From assembly GCF_009914755.1 (NCBI RefSeq), contig NC_060934.1: a stretch of DNA of 64,000 nt, one strand, 5' to 3'. The notes beneath the pieces were generated by a model. That model saw only the letters and a list, made by a program, of their open reading frames with translations. It did no database searches and was not told the origin of the DNA. A program made the position numbers and the translations under genes. This document shows positions 62,280 to 64,000 of this stretch, piece after piece; the stretch's first letter is position 1, and each line of letters begins with the position of its first letter. The DNA is from the human T2T-CHM13v2.0 reference genome, Homo sapiens.

Positions 62280-63160
62280 AATTCTAGATGCTGGTAATGC
62301 CAAATCTAAGTCTCCAGCCCAGATCACTCTTCTGAACTCCAAACCACCACACACTAGAAATCTCACTGCCAATATCCCCAAAGCACCACACGCCATCCTC
62401 CCCTACCTGGCTGTCCCCTGTCCCCGTGCTTCCAAACCAATGGAAAGAATTTTGTCCCACTGTCCAGGTGCCCAAATCAGAAACCTAGGCCTCATCCTTG
62501 AGCAGACCTGCTTGCTCTCCACCACGAGCAACCTACACTGAGTTCACATCATTTTTACCTCCTGAATCCTTTCAGTCGCCATGTCTCTCCGTCTACACTG
62601 TTGCTATGCCAGGTCCAGCCACTCTCCTCTCTCATCTGGGTTACTGCATCTCCGAGGATGATTATTTCAAACAGTAAAATTTGAATTCCTCATCCTCTCA
62701 CTTCAAAGCCTCTAATGACTGCCCACTGCTCTTGGGACAGAGATTAAACACCTGGACGTGGCCTACGAGGCCACGAAGACTGACCTCTGCTCATCTCTCC
62801 TGCCTTACCTCTCACTGCCATTATCCTACCACTTGCTCCTGTGGCTAGCAGCCCACCAGCCTGAACCGTCTTCCCTTCCTCCAATCGACCTTCACCATGT
62901 CCTGGTTACCCTCTTACCCCTCCAGCTACCTTCTACTCAACATTCAGATCTCTAGCTTCCTCGACAAAGCCTTCCCTGTCCCTTTCTCTGTAAACAAGTT
63001 AACGACTCTTCCTTAGTGCACTCCACATTAACCCTGACAAAACACAAATCACCTTTACTGTAATTGTATGAGATCCTCCCTAAACTCTGTGAGAGCAGAG
63101 ATAATCTCTTCTTCAAATGATCTCAATGCCTACCTAATAGCAAGCAATTAATGAATGCTG
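62280..63160. mobile_element. L2 remnants
   Basis: tctccagcccagatcactcttctgaactcc; agaaacctaggcctcatccttga. Confidence 0.7.
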
Positions 63161-63275
63161 GCTTTATTAAATTAAAACATTTTTTAAGATTGGAAGAAAA
63201 TATATCAACATGCTAAAAGAGATTATTTCAGAGTTGGGGAATCATAAGTGATTTTTGTTTTCTTACTAGAGCTCA

Positions 63276-63625
<350 letters not shown>

Positions 63626-64000
63626 TTACAAATAACTGAAGAGTAAATCATACAATGCTTGAAATATTAAAAATCATCTACTACACAACTGAAAAATAAT
63701 TTGTAGTTCTATAGAAAAACAATGAAATTTTGGTAAAGCCCTAACTTAAATGAGGCCTACCCTTATACTCCAACGTAACAAAATAACCTATGTCCACTTT
63801 GAAACCCTCCCTGCCTCCAGCTACAGTCACTGTCCCTGCCCTTCAACTGGGTGGAAAGGGCCAGACTACAAGAAGCCAGAGGCTACAAGAGACTCCGACA
63901 CTCTTCCTACAGAGTTTCTAAGCCATGCTCCTCACCAAGGCAGGGCCTGTCCAGGTGCCCCTTGAGCTCCCCAAGGAGAGTGGGACTCTGCCTGGCCCCT

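Overview
Human genomic DNA (Alu, L1M, THE1/MaLR, MIR, L2 and Tigger/MER repeats). The minus strand carries the 3' two-thirds of ERCC6 (Cockayne syndrome B, CSB; SWI2/SNF2 DNA translocase). Fourteen coding exons (exons 8-21 in the standard numbering, recalled from memory) lie between 60036 and 25599. All have GT-AG boundaries and compatible phases, and they encode helicase motifs Ia-VI and the C-terminal CIM/UBD-winged helix. A transposon-rich 3' UTR region with several candidate poly(A) signals follows (to about 21260). Downstream of the gene (1-21000) are decayed L1s, Alus, a solo THE1 LTR, a full THE1 provirus, a doubly truncated HSPD1 (HSP60) pseudogene fragment and an orphan CpG-rich element. 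A second full THE1 provirus lies antisense in intron 18. The PGBD3 insertion of ERCC6 intron 5 is outside this window. I found no wholly new gene system. The best leads are regulatory or isoform-level: a cryptic donor after exon 20 that would give an NMD-escaping CSB lacking CIM/UBD, a fused AP-1/CRE site, perfect DUX4 sites in both LTRs of the downstream THE1, and the HSPD1-fragment/CpG-rich junction. Repeat boundaries and subfamilies were called by eye and are approximate.
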